Below, in pieces: positions 1 through 10,570 of a DNA stretch of 64,000 nucleotides. The translations under genes and the position numbers were made by a program. This DNA comes from Vicugna vicugna (taxonomy: Eukaryota): positions 883,102 through 947,101 of the forward strand of contig MU057724.1 in assembly GCA_013265495.1 (NCBI GenBank). The letters run 5' to 3'. Under the pieces are notes generated by a model. It was given only the letters and a program-made list of their open reading frames with translations. It did not search any database and had not been told where the DNA came from. The stretch's first letter is position 1. Every line of letters begins with the position of its first letter.

Positions 1-19
1 CAGATGTCGACAGAGAGGC

Positions 20-490
20 TTGAACGTGAAATGTGCATAACAGCTTCGTTCATAAAAACCGAAAGGTGGAGTAACTCCAACGTGTGCCTGCAGGTGAACA
101 GATGAACGTGAAGCGATGTCGTCATGCCATGAACTGCGGCTGGACCATAATGACAAGTAACCAGACATCGACAGGGACTTCACTGACGACTCTAAAACTC
201 CGCAGACTGCAGAAGCAGCCAGACAAGAGCGCATACCAAACTGCACTGTTTACACGGCATCTGCAGCAGGCAACTGACCCTTAGTGACTGAAACCAGAGC
301 AGTGGTTCCCGTGTGCTGGGCACGGGTGTGGCTGCTGGAAAGGGACAATGAAGGAAGACTCTGGGATGACAGACATTTTTACTATTTTGGATGTGTTGGC
401 CACAGGGGTCTACATATTTGTCAAAATCAATGGAAACTTACTTAAAATGTCTTAACATTGTTGCATGCAAATTTTCCATCTTTGGAGCTG
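20..490 (+). mobile_element. Ancient L1 (L1MC/L1ME-type) 3' UTR fragment
   Basis: Decayed L1M 3'-end motifs in order: 'gcagtggttccc', 'ctgggatgacagacattttactattttgga', 'catatttgtcaaaatcaatggaaacttacttaaaatg'. Family assignment from memory. Confidence 0.6.
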
Positions 491-496
491 ATTTGA

Positions 497-940
497 TAAA
501 ACTGAACATATATGTTCCATATTACACAGCAATTCATCAGTAGGTAACTATATATTATGACAGAAGCCCTGATTTACAATATTCATACCACTTCTATTTA
601 TAACAACCCTACAGTGGAAACTAGCCGGATATGTGTTAATAGCAGAATGCATAATTATTTGTGGTGGATTCAGCCAGTGTACCACTATCGCGCAGCGAGA
701 CTGACTGGACCACCTCTACAGGGAACAGCACGGGCGGATTTCACAAGCACAGTGCTGACAAAAAATACAGACACAAAAGTCTTTATGTTGCATCGTTTCA
801 GTTCCTAAAGTATGAGTGTCGTTAAATCTAATAGAGTAATGGTCAAAATTGTGGTCAGAGCGCTGGTTACCTTTGGGCTGTGGTTGGAGGAAGGAATGTG
901 GGGGCTTCCAGAATATGAATAATATTCTGATATGTCAGGA
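497..940 (+). mobile_element. Second ancient L1ME-type 3' fragment
   Basis: Motifs 'aactgaacatatatg..cagcaattc', 'aatagcagaatgcataattatttgtggtggattc' and 'ctggttacctttggg...ggggcttccagaatatgaataatattctg'. Confidence 0.55.
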
Positions 941-1679
941 CAAATTTACCTTTTCTATTGCCCCTTTTAAAAATTGTTTTCAATGCCTTCTTTGTTATAC
1001 TCAGCAGTGTGCCCTCCCTGTTTGCACTAGCTTTTTTCTTATTTCATGCCAACTTCTTAAATGGTATAAGAAATGGTGTCAGCAAATGAATGCTGTCTTG
1101 TGAATTTGTTCATTTTTGTGAACTTTTGTTTCCTAGCCTCAACAAAATTAAAATGTTTGTGCATATAAATCAACTTTCATGTACTTTATTCCCAGACTCC
1201 TCAACAGGGCGTGAAGCACACGGGAGAATTCTCACATACGCTCAGCCTGTGGGTACACATGCTGGTCTGGTGCTGGCATTCGTTCCTGTGGGTCTGGAAC
1301 TGTGCCTGGCTGTGCAAGGCAAGCAAGGAGTGTACCCATGACCTGGAACACCGTTTCTTGGTTACTTAGCCTTTATGTAGGGGCCCCTGAGTGCAACTAT
1401 AGGACTATAGCATGGACTTTCAATGTTGTTAGCCATTAAGAATCGTAAGAAATTTTTTCAAGGGAAGAACGGGAATTATTCAGACCTCAAATTATATAAC
1501 AAAAATCAGCAGTAATTCTTTGTTTATGCTGAAATGAACTTCATGAAATAAAAGAACCCCAACATTCCCATAGTCTGTCACTCCCATCTCTGTAATTTTT
1601 TCCAGCTCTGCACAGTCATCTTTAGGGTCCAGTTCTCACCACGGTAACCTGGATTCTCTCCCACAGTCAGCTGAGAGCT

Positions 1680-1830
1680 GATGGATGGCATCTCCACAAC
1701 CTCCGTATTTAGCTGTTAGCTGGCTTCAAACGTAGTGGGAACATCTACGCTGAGAGTATGAGCAAGTACCAACCCCTGGCGCTTTCTCCCCGTGAGCCCC
1801 AGCTGCCAAGTGTCACAGCCTGTGACTGTT
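1680..1830 (+). mobile_element. Possible MER63-like hAT DNA transposon fragment
   Basis: 'gcatctccacaacctccg...tagtgggaacatctacgc' resembles the remembered MER63 3' half but is highly diverged. Confidence 0.3.
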
Positions 1831-2154
1831 TGTGAAATTCTGCTGCGTTTCTTGATCATCTGAGGTTGCTCGTGAGGTTGGCGTGCCCGTGCCCCGGCAT
1901 TCCCCCTCTGTCTGTCTTCAGCTTTCCTGCTCTATGTCTGTTTTTCTGAATGGAAGACCACGCCACACATTTTACCTTAAATATAATGGGTCATTGTCTT
2001 CTGATTTGAAACTCATTGTATCTGTGGCCAATCATACTGCTTTTCTTCATTCATTTTCACGAATGATTTAGTGTTTTGACGCGGGTACCCAAAGGGTTTT
2101 GTTTTTCTTTGTACATGAAAATGGCTTTACTAGAGTAGTTTTCTTAAAAAGATG

Positions 2155-2510
2155 TTTTTTTAATCGAGGCACAGCTGTTTCACAACGTTGCGTTAATGTC
2201 TGGTTTACAGCTCAGTGATTCAGTTGTGCGTGCATATGTGTTCCTGTTCACATTCTTTCTCATCAAAGGCCATTGCAAGTACTGAGTACAGTTCCCTGTG
2301 CTCTGCAGTGAGACCTTGTTGTTTAGCTATTTTACATACTTAGTTAGAATCTGCAATTCCCCAGCTCCCAGTTTATTCCCTTGGCAACCATACGTTTGCT
2401 TTTATGTCTCTGAGTCTGTTTCTGGTTTGTATGTAAGTTCATGTGTCCTGTTTCTGTAGATTCCATGTGTAAGTGGTATCATGCGACATTTTTCTTTCTC
2501 TTTCTAGCTT
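2155..2510 (-). mobile_element. Camelid/cetartiodactyl L1 3' end, 5'-truncated
   Basis: T-run tail at ~2155, then 'cagttccctgtgctctgcag', 'ttggcaaccatacgtttg', 'tgagtctgtttctgg', 'gattccatgtgtaagtggtatcatg'. Homologous to the copies at 12835, 41463 and 61412. Confidence 0.9.
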
Positions 2511-3039
2511 TCAGTGTTGGTTATTCTCAGCTGATCTTCCCAGGAAATTATTGGCATTCTCAAAATACAGACTCAAGTCTGCCATTATGTCAAACAATGT
2601 TTCATGAATATACGGTTTCAGCTTCTTTCATTCCGTTTCTTACATTTTCTTTTCTCTGGACTCCAAACTTATGGATGTTGGAGTCTCTACTTTTCTTCTA
2701 TAATTATCATTTTTCTTAGAAACAGTTTCTTTATTCTGCTTCATTTTTCTTTCCATCCTTTTTACTTACTGTGACTTCCGTATGGTCTGTATGATTTTAT
2801 GTTGTCTCTAATTTAACACTTTAATCTGCAATTTTCTCTAATGTTTCCAACTTTTTACCTGAGCTGTTTTTCTCTTCATATCTTTCCATTCATTAATGAA
2901 TTAATTTCTGAGTCATTTTTGATTTGTTCTTTTCCTGTAACTTCTAAAATATAAACTGCCTTCTAGTAATTGCAAAAATGAAGTTACACATTTTATTTTT
3001 TTGTGGCTATACTTCGCTGTGTTATCAGGCTATGTTTCG

Positions 3040-3041
<2 letters not shown>

Positions 3042-3070
<29 letters not shown>
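3042..3070. repeat. (GT)14 microsatellite
   Basis: Perfect GT run seen directly. Confidence 0.97.
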
Positions 3071-3072
<2 letters not shown>

Positions 3073-3289
3073 CTAACAGGAACAATGGCAACTTACTGTC
3101 TTTACAGAATCCAACTGAGTCAACCTAAATCCTTTAACACAGTGTTTCCCGAACTGCATTTCACATCCCATTATGGGTTGTGGAGGTCATTTGGTGATTG
3201 CAACAACAGCAATAACACAAAACACAGTACATTTTATAGCATTAAGGTTTGTAATTCTTAATAAAAGAAAAAATACACATGTTCTGTTG

Positions 3290-5230
3290 GGTGGTGATAA
3301 GGGTTCACTTAGGATGATGGAATAAAATTAGAAACCAGTACAAAAAGGCAAGGGTTTTGGATTCTAAGAAAGAGCTGCTCAAGGAACTCGTCAGTGTGTT
3401 CAGGGGGTTTGCGTCTGCAGGACCCCTCAGAGAACACAACCCTTTTCCATGTATTGTCAAGAAATCAGAACAAACAGAGAATTTAAAGTAACAGTATCTC
3501 CAATAGCCTCAAAAACGTTTAATGTTTGGACTAAGATTGCTAAGAGAAGGTGAAGGAGACTTACGTAAATGGAGAGATGCCCCTTGTACGCAGAGGAAGA
3601 GTCAGTGTTGCTGAGATGTCAGCTCTCCCCAAACTAATGCCACCCGATGCCACCCCAGCCACAGTGTCAACAGGCATGTTTTCTAGAAGTTGAGAAGCTG
3701 ATGCTAAAATTCACATGGGATTGCAGAGGGTCTAGACAGACATAACAACTTCACATAAAAAAGAAAAAATGGAGAAATTACACTAATTGGAGGATTTCAA
3801 GAGTTATTATAAATATGCAATAATTGAGATAGTGTGGTGTGGGATGAAGATAGACTAACAGTTCAACAAACACAGCAGAGAGTCCAAAAACACACACACA
3901 AGTGCTCAGTTAATTCTCGGGAAGGCTGTGAGGACAGGTCCGAGTCTAGCGCGGTTCTCTGCCAACATGCGAGGGTCACCACCCACGCCTGTCCAAACGC
4001 TGTGAGAGCTTTAACTTATACAGTGCTTCATACTCAAAAATTGACTTAAATAACCAGAGCCTGAATGTAAATAAAATCTATGAGAAAATCTTTGTGGACC
4101 TGACTTAAAGGTTTCTCAGTCACAGCACTGAAATACAACCCATCTAAGGAAAATATGATGAGTTAAACTTTTTCAAAGCTAAAACTTCCGCTGTTCAGAA
4201 AGCGCGTATTAAAAGGAAGAAAAGACAAGCCCCCAGGCTGAGAAAAAGTCTTCAGATTACATATCTGTTAAAGAAATTGTATTCAGAATTTGTAAAGAGC
4301 TCTTAAAATTTAATACTAAGAAAACAAACAACCCAATTTTTAAAAAATGGGCAGAAGATTTGAGAGGGTACTTGATAAAGATATTTGATTGGTAAGTAAG
4401 CATGTGAAGAGGCTCAGTGTTACCAGTCATTAGGGAAATGGGAATCAAACAGCACTGAGACAGCACGGCACAGCGTTTAGAATGGATGGGAACAAACGTG
4501 ACTGACACACCAAGTCAAAGGAGGACCAGGAGCGACGGGCGCTCCTGCTGGGAATGAAAACAATACAGTCATTTTGGAAGGCAGCCCTGCAATTTCTTAA
4601 AATGCTCAACATACATCCACTGAAGTGGACTGGATGCAGCTCCCAAAAGACTCGTCCACGTCTGAACCCCAGGGACCTTAAGTGCAAACTACATGAGTGA
4701 GGGCCTTGAGGAATGGGGCACAGTCTGGGTAACTCGGAGTCGGGGAGTCCTGAATGATGTCAGCATCCTGATAAGAGGGAAGCAGGGGAGGAGGCTGGGG
4801 GACGTGGACTCAGATGCCAGGATGCCGGTGACACCAGTTATGGAGACGCCAGGAAGGGGCCTCCCCAGAGCCTCCCAGAGGGCAGCTCTGCTGACACCTT
4901 GACTGCGGACTTCCAGCCTGAGAACTCTGAGGAAATACATTTTTGTCTTAAGACACCGACTCCATGCTGATCTGTCACAGCTGCCCTGGGAAAGCAACCC
5001 GCCCACCGTGTGAGCCGGCCACCCTCTCGCAGCTCTCTTCCCCAGGGAGCTGGGTGCATGTTCACAGAGGGGCTTGTATGTAAATGTTCAGAGCAGCTTT
5101 GTTTAGAGTAATCGTGACAATGAGGAATCTAAGGGGTGACAAATAAGTCGTCACCTTGATTGTGATGGCGAATTCACCCTGTTTACTTATGTCAGTGTTG
5201 ATGAAATTGTCCAGCTCATCACACGTCAAA
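3290..5230 (+). mobile_element. Ancient L1 ORF2 3' half plus 3' UTR, decayed, interrupted by an MLT1 LTR
   Basis: ORF2 hallmarks 'taaatggagagatg', 'agatgtcagctctccccaaactaat', 'aagctgatgctaaaattcacatgg', 'aaaatgggcagaagatttga', 'gtcattagggaaatg'. Sequence resumes in register at 5002. Confidence 0.88.
4621..5001 (+). mobile_element. MaLR solo LTR (MLT1C/D-like)
   Basis: Starts TG; contains 'agagcctcccagagg..ctgctgacaccttgactgcggacttccagcctgagaact..gaaatacatttttg'; ends 'gccctgggaaagcaacccg'. 5-bp TSD tccac (4616-4620) / cccac (5002-5006). Confidence 0.85.
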
Positions 5231-5875
5231 AATCTTAGAATAAAGCTCTTTACAAATATTTTTAAAGGCCCCAAACGCAACACATGGGTTTTGTGAATAA
5301 ATTGCAGATAAAGATGGGGGGGGGGGGGATAGTAATGGGGGATGGGTCCTGGATGGGACAGTAATAGATGATACAAAATTGCATGTTTTGTTAACAGATT
5401 AGTCCATTGACTTCTTTGGAGATATTTGTCCCAGTTTGGGTGCAGGAATCTCTGATCCCCTCCAGCTAAGCCATTACACTTTCATTCCCGTGTAGCTTAT
5501 CTCTAATTTCTATTGTAGGAAATAAAGAAGGAACAGACCACTGGGTTTCAGCTTCAAGGGCAGGGACGCTGATAAACGTGTCATGCGAAATGCTTCAGGG
5601 ATCTTTGTGCTGTTGCCAGTGTCTCCCTCGTCCCCTAAATGATGGCTGTAGACAGTATTTATGGTGGAAAAGAAAAGATACCTCAGTTTGATATACTTTT
5701 TCAAATAACTAAACACCCTGATATTAATCAGTATGTAGACGAATGAAATATTCATAAACATGTAAAACTAATCTATCTCATAGTGTGTGTAACCAAAAAA
5801 AAAGACAAAATTAAACAGAAAAGCAACTTTTGCATGACTAACCACCAAGAATTATCCTTGCTTACATAAAGTGGT

Positions 5876-5906
5876 GTATATATATATATATATATACACA
5901 CATATA
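5876..5906. repeat. (TA)n(CA)n microsatellite
   Basis: About 10 TA units followed by cacaca. Confidence 0.9.
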
Positions 5907-6469
5907 TTATGATTACACAAAATCCTGTTTACTTTCCTGTTTTATAAACTCATCTTACTAAAACTCTCTGCAATTGGAATTAGATGTTTTGAAAAGATTA
6001 AGAGGTTGATATTTGCAAATCTCCTTGATAGCATAAAATGTCATATAAATGCTAATTTCTTCGGGTATTTACTAATTCTAAAGCAAATCTCAATAACCCC
6101 TTGCATTTTAAAAAAGCTTCTTAACACGGAAATTCAATGCACATTTCAACAATAATTGAATCTAAAAATGTGCCTAAGAGTAGAAAATGAGGGTGTTAAA
6201 CCAGCTTTTCCAGCGTCTGAAACCCTCAGTGTGGGTTCACAACGCAGTGTTGGTAATTATTAATTCCTGTAACTTACAAATGCATCATTCGCTATGTTGG
6301 AAAAGGAGCCTGCTTGCCTGTGCAGAACTAGGCTTTTCAGGATCTTAGTTTATTATTTATCCTGTAATACTTATTTTAGTGGGTAGGCAGAAATTAGGAC
6401 TTCGTTGATTCCAAGCCATTCCATTGGCATTATTTTTACAGAATTTCTTGTTTTGGGTGATTTTTAATT

Positions 6470-6910
6470 GTTGAATTCATTACTTAAAAAAGGAAATGGA
6501 CATACTTTGCCATGTGCATGCATTACACTGTGTGTGTTATATAGCATTCAAAAGGCTCAATGTGCCGAAATAAGCCCCTTTCTGCTCCCCGTCCCCGAGT
6601 CACTGGCTCCTGCCTCCCGAGATCCCCCATGCGTGGTCGTGTGGTCATTGGCTGAAACCTTCGTTCTCCACTGTGCGTGTCCCTGTCAGTGTGTCTTGTG
6701 TAGCTTTCCTTATTCCTGTGCACAGAACTGCCTCATTCCTGTTACGTGGCATCATATGGAGAGTAACATAATTCATGTAATTAGTTCCTGATCCGTGGGC
6801 ATTCATGTTGCTTCAAATAATCTCCCGCACAAGCATGTTGCCAAGAATATCCCCAGGTGTAGGTGCGTTTTCTGCATCTTCCAGTGTTTCTATAAATACC
6901 TAGGAGCAGT
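6470..6910 (-). mobile_element. Ancient L1M 3' fragment
   Basis: Antisense L1M motifs 'gaactgcctcattcctgtt', 'gtgggcattcatgttgcttc', 'ataaatacctaggag'. Confidence 0.55.
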
Positions 6911-7819
6911 GCGTGCTTCTCTGTCTTGGATTATGATGGCTCTGACTTCCCCTGAGAGAGCAGGGAGGACAAAGGGGTGACGTGAGAGGCACACGGGAGA
7001 ACTGGAGATGTTTTCAACTGGTGACTGTCTCCTTGTCCTGAAAGAAAAGGCATCCTGGTGCCCCGGGCAGAGGACCGACAGGAGTGCCTGTGGGGCGTGT
7101 GGGGTCCTAGTCTCCCTTCCCAGCAGGGCCCAGGGCCCCTGTGCCTCCTCCACACCTGCTGGAAACCTAACCTGGGTCTGTGAGTCCCCAAGAGTAGCGC
7201 TGGGCATCGCTGGCCTTCGGAGGAGCTGGGAAAACAGCCTGAGACTTACTGACCGGCCCAGGGCTGGACTGGCCCCCGGGTGCCCAAGAAGGACTCAGCT
7301 GGATGGATCCAAGACAGATTCTCAGGAAAGGACTGACAAGTGACCATCTGAGGAGGACACGGGGAGTCTGAGGAGTGTTTTGTCGGCTGTGGAGGGTCAC
7401 ATTATCTGGAGTCTCTGTTGGGCTGGCCCGATGGACACGGTCTGGCTCACCGTGCTCACTGCCCGAGTTAAGAGCTCACAGGCAACGCGCTGACTGCAGA
7501 GCAAGTAGCAACACCTTGTCGGATGCTCTGGTCTCAGGGCCCCTGCAGGACGGAACTGCTCACGTCCTGGCTGTTGGGAGGAGTGGAGGCCGCTGCTTTT
7601 CATGGAGACCCTCAGAGGAGCCAGCTCTTGGCCACAGGGAGTCACCTCGGCCAGGGTGATGGCCTTCCCCACGGGCAGCCCCGGCCCCTCCAGGGGGGCT
7701 GTGTCCGCCCTCCCTGCCCTGCGAGCTAAGCCCTGCTCCTAGGAGAGCGGCTGTGGTCAGGGAGGAGACCGCGGCATCCCGCAACGGGGAGCACCCGCCC
7801 AGCTGAAACCTGCACATCA

Positions 7820-8105
7820 GAGGCACGCACAAGGGGGCTCACCCTCAAAAGGGAGAAGAGTGGGTGGGACGGGCTAAGCTGGGAGCTCGGGACTTGCAGA
7901 TTCTGACTATTATGTATAAACAGACAAACAGCAAGGACCTGCTGCGCAGCACAGGGAGCTGCATTCAGCAGCGTGTAATGGCCTACAGTGAAGAAGAGTA
8001 CGAAGAGGGATCCGTTATGCTCATGTGTGACTGAGACGTTGTGCTGCACACCAGGGCTGACACATTGTGACTGATTGTACTTCAGTTAAAAAAAGTAAAG
8101 AAATC
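7820..8105 (+). mobile_element. Camelid/cetartiodactyl L1 3' end, GC-shifted copy
   Basis: 'aacagcaaggacctgctgcgcagcacagggagctgcattc' and 'gtgctgcacaccagggctgacacattgtgactgattgtacttcagttaaaaaaag'. Aligns to the reverse complement of the 61412-62126 copy. Confidence 0.88.
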
Positions 8106-9529
8106 AAGGAAGAAACAGAGAAGTACCACTTTGTACGTAAGTTTCATGCCGATTCTTAAAACATGTTTAAGTACGTAAGGTTTCGTCTCCTTGAAAACTT
8201 GTAATGTTCCTTTAGAGTAGGATTGATGCTGCCTCGTCAAAATTGTGGATTATGATAGAGAAATGGGGGCCACTGTCAACAGTGCAGTTTAGAGGTGATG
8301 TGGAGAGCGTCAGTGTGAAAGGAAGCTGTTTCCCAGAGGAGAAACGGGGGTCCCTGCCTACTCCCACAAAGGCACGGTCTGGCCGTGGTTATTGAGGACG
8401 AGGGAGCGATCGCCAGGCAGTGAACCTCCCCACCGCCCACACTGCCCCCTCCGGGCTTATCTGTGGGTCCTCAGACGTGGAGAAGCCATTGGTGCAGGGA
8501 ATGAAAAGAAATACACCGGTGAGTTCCGACCCTTTGGGGCCTGGTGGAAAGTGGAACTTGTGGTTCAAAGGGGGAAAAAGCAACTGAGATTGTTCCCAGT
8601 TCAAAATCATCACACCTGTCTTCCCACTGGTCTGTCCCACTGGTCACAATGGGGACAAGGTGGGGCAGGGAGGGACGGAGAAGGAAACAGGCAGAGCAGG
8701 TGTGGGGCCCTGGGCTGCATGTGTTTAGAAGCAGAGCATGGAATTCAAGCATTATTTTTCCTTGTCCCCCCACCAAACTCATCCCCCACCAAACTCAACC
8801 AATCTGCTTCCTGAAGCATCTGCTCAATTTCAAAGTCGTGACTCAGCCACCAAAGGAAAGGAACCCAAGGAGGCTTTACATCAAGTTTATTGTCTCAACC
8901 TTAATTTTACACTTTAGTAACCTTATCTTTTACTTGCAGAGGCAAATGTCTCATTGATTCTCTTGAGCGACTTTACACCTTCAGTTTCCTCCGCTCGTAT
9001 CTGCGGATGAGATCTGAGTGTTGTCATTATGACTCAGGTCGCTTGCGACAGGATGGAACAATGTGAGGCTCAGTCGTGACTCACAGGAAGTAAATTACGG
9101 TCATCGCTTCCTCCGTGAGTCGCTGGGAATGTCCATAACGAAGTTCCAGGCATGAGGAGCAATGTCGTTGTCCAGTGCAACTAAGTCTACAGAGAGCAAG
9201 TTCTGTCCCGACCGGCTGCTGGGAACGCCTCTGGGGAGTCTCCCCTGCGGTCTCGGGGCACCTCTGCCCCGTAAAGGACGTGCATCGCAGGATGAAGTTC
9301 ACCAGGGTCCACAGCTGCGGTGACGTGCGACCCACGGCCACTGCCCTTCCCCGGCACTTCTCTCGGGCCGCGACAGCGGCCACTTTCCCCCCTGCACCTA
9401 ATTTCCTTTGTTCCTGGGAAACGCTTCTCTCACCTTGCTGCATGTGTGTCCTCTTGTCAGTTCAGACGTTATTCTGTTCTCTCAGAGCTGTCCAGAGCAC
9501 CCAGCATGCCCAGTTTGCAGCCCACTTGA

Positions 9530-10570
9530 AATGACCTCCCGCACCAGCACGGCCTTCCCGGTCGCCTGGCTGGGCCTCGCTCCCCCGCGAGAGCACGGGC
9601 GCCGCCACCGCGCCAGCACCGGCGTCCTGCGCTGCGGCGAGGCGGCGCTGCGTCTGCGGGGCGCTGGGCTGTTGGCGCCGACGCACCTTCCCGGGCCCGA
9701 TCCTCACGCTGGAATCCAGCACAGCAGCGGGCCCGCTCTTTGCCCCTCCTGATTTTCACCCGTCTCGCTGGGAGGGCTGCCCAGTCGCTGCCAGAGACCA
9801 TGTCTTTCTTGCAGCGTGTTCCCAAAACTGGCTCTGGGCCCCGCCGCCGCGCTCCCGGGCTGCGGGGCAGCGCGCGGTGCCCGGGGAGGCCGCGCGGGGG
9901 GAGCCCTGCCCGGCCNNNNNNNNNNNNNNNNNNNNNNNNNNNNNNNNNNNNNNNNNNNNNNNNNNNNNNNNNNNNNNNNNNNNNNNNNNNNNNNNNNNNN
10001 NNNNNGGGTCCGAGCGCGGAGGGCCCGCCGCTGTGCCGCCCGGACGCGAGGTCCACGCGCCCGCCGGGCTGGACGCGGCGGCGCTGCGGGCGCACGGGAA
10101 GGCCTGTCCCCTGCCGGCGCCCAGGCGGTGCTGGGCGTGCGGCCCAGAAATCCGAGGGAGAGAGCAGGTCGCCCGTGGAGGCTGCGCCCGGAGCGTCACC
10201 ATCCCCGAGGCCCGCGGCCGACGGAGCTCGGGGCTGAGCGCAAGCCCGGGGGGCGGCCCGGGGGCGGCCGGCGGACCCAGGCCGGCGCCTCCCAGCTTAG
10301 CTTGCGGGCCCGCAGCGTGAGTTCAGCCGCCCCCACTGCCGTGCGGGCGTTTCAGGGACGTGTCTTGCAGCCACCTGGGCGGTCAGGGTCTCCAAGGGCC
10401 TGCTTCAAAGCGCTCGGTCTCCCGGCCAGCGTGACAGCCGGCTGAGCGGCGGGACCGCCGGGGTCCCCACGAGCCCCCAAGTGTCCCCACGTGTCCCCAC
10501 GTGTCCGCCCTGCCGCCAGGAAGGGGAGAAGGCGGCCAGGCCACGCCCACCGACCCTGCGAGGCGTCCTT
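9530..10570. promoter_or_regulatory. CpG island (putative promoter), interrupted by assembly gap
   Basis: About 1 kb of very GC-rich, CpG-dense sequence with GC boxes (e.g. gggggcgg at ~10250) and no repeat signature. Associated gene not identified. Confidence 0.85.
9916..10005. other. Assembly gap (90 N)
   Basis: Run of n at the most GC-rich point of the island. Confidence 0.99.

Noticed and set aside
9469..10445. Long overlapping ORFs across the CpG island
   Set aside because: Open in many frames because of extreme GC content and the N gap; low-complexity Arg/Gly/Pro/Ala translations.
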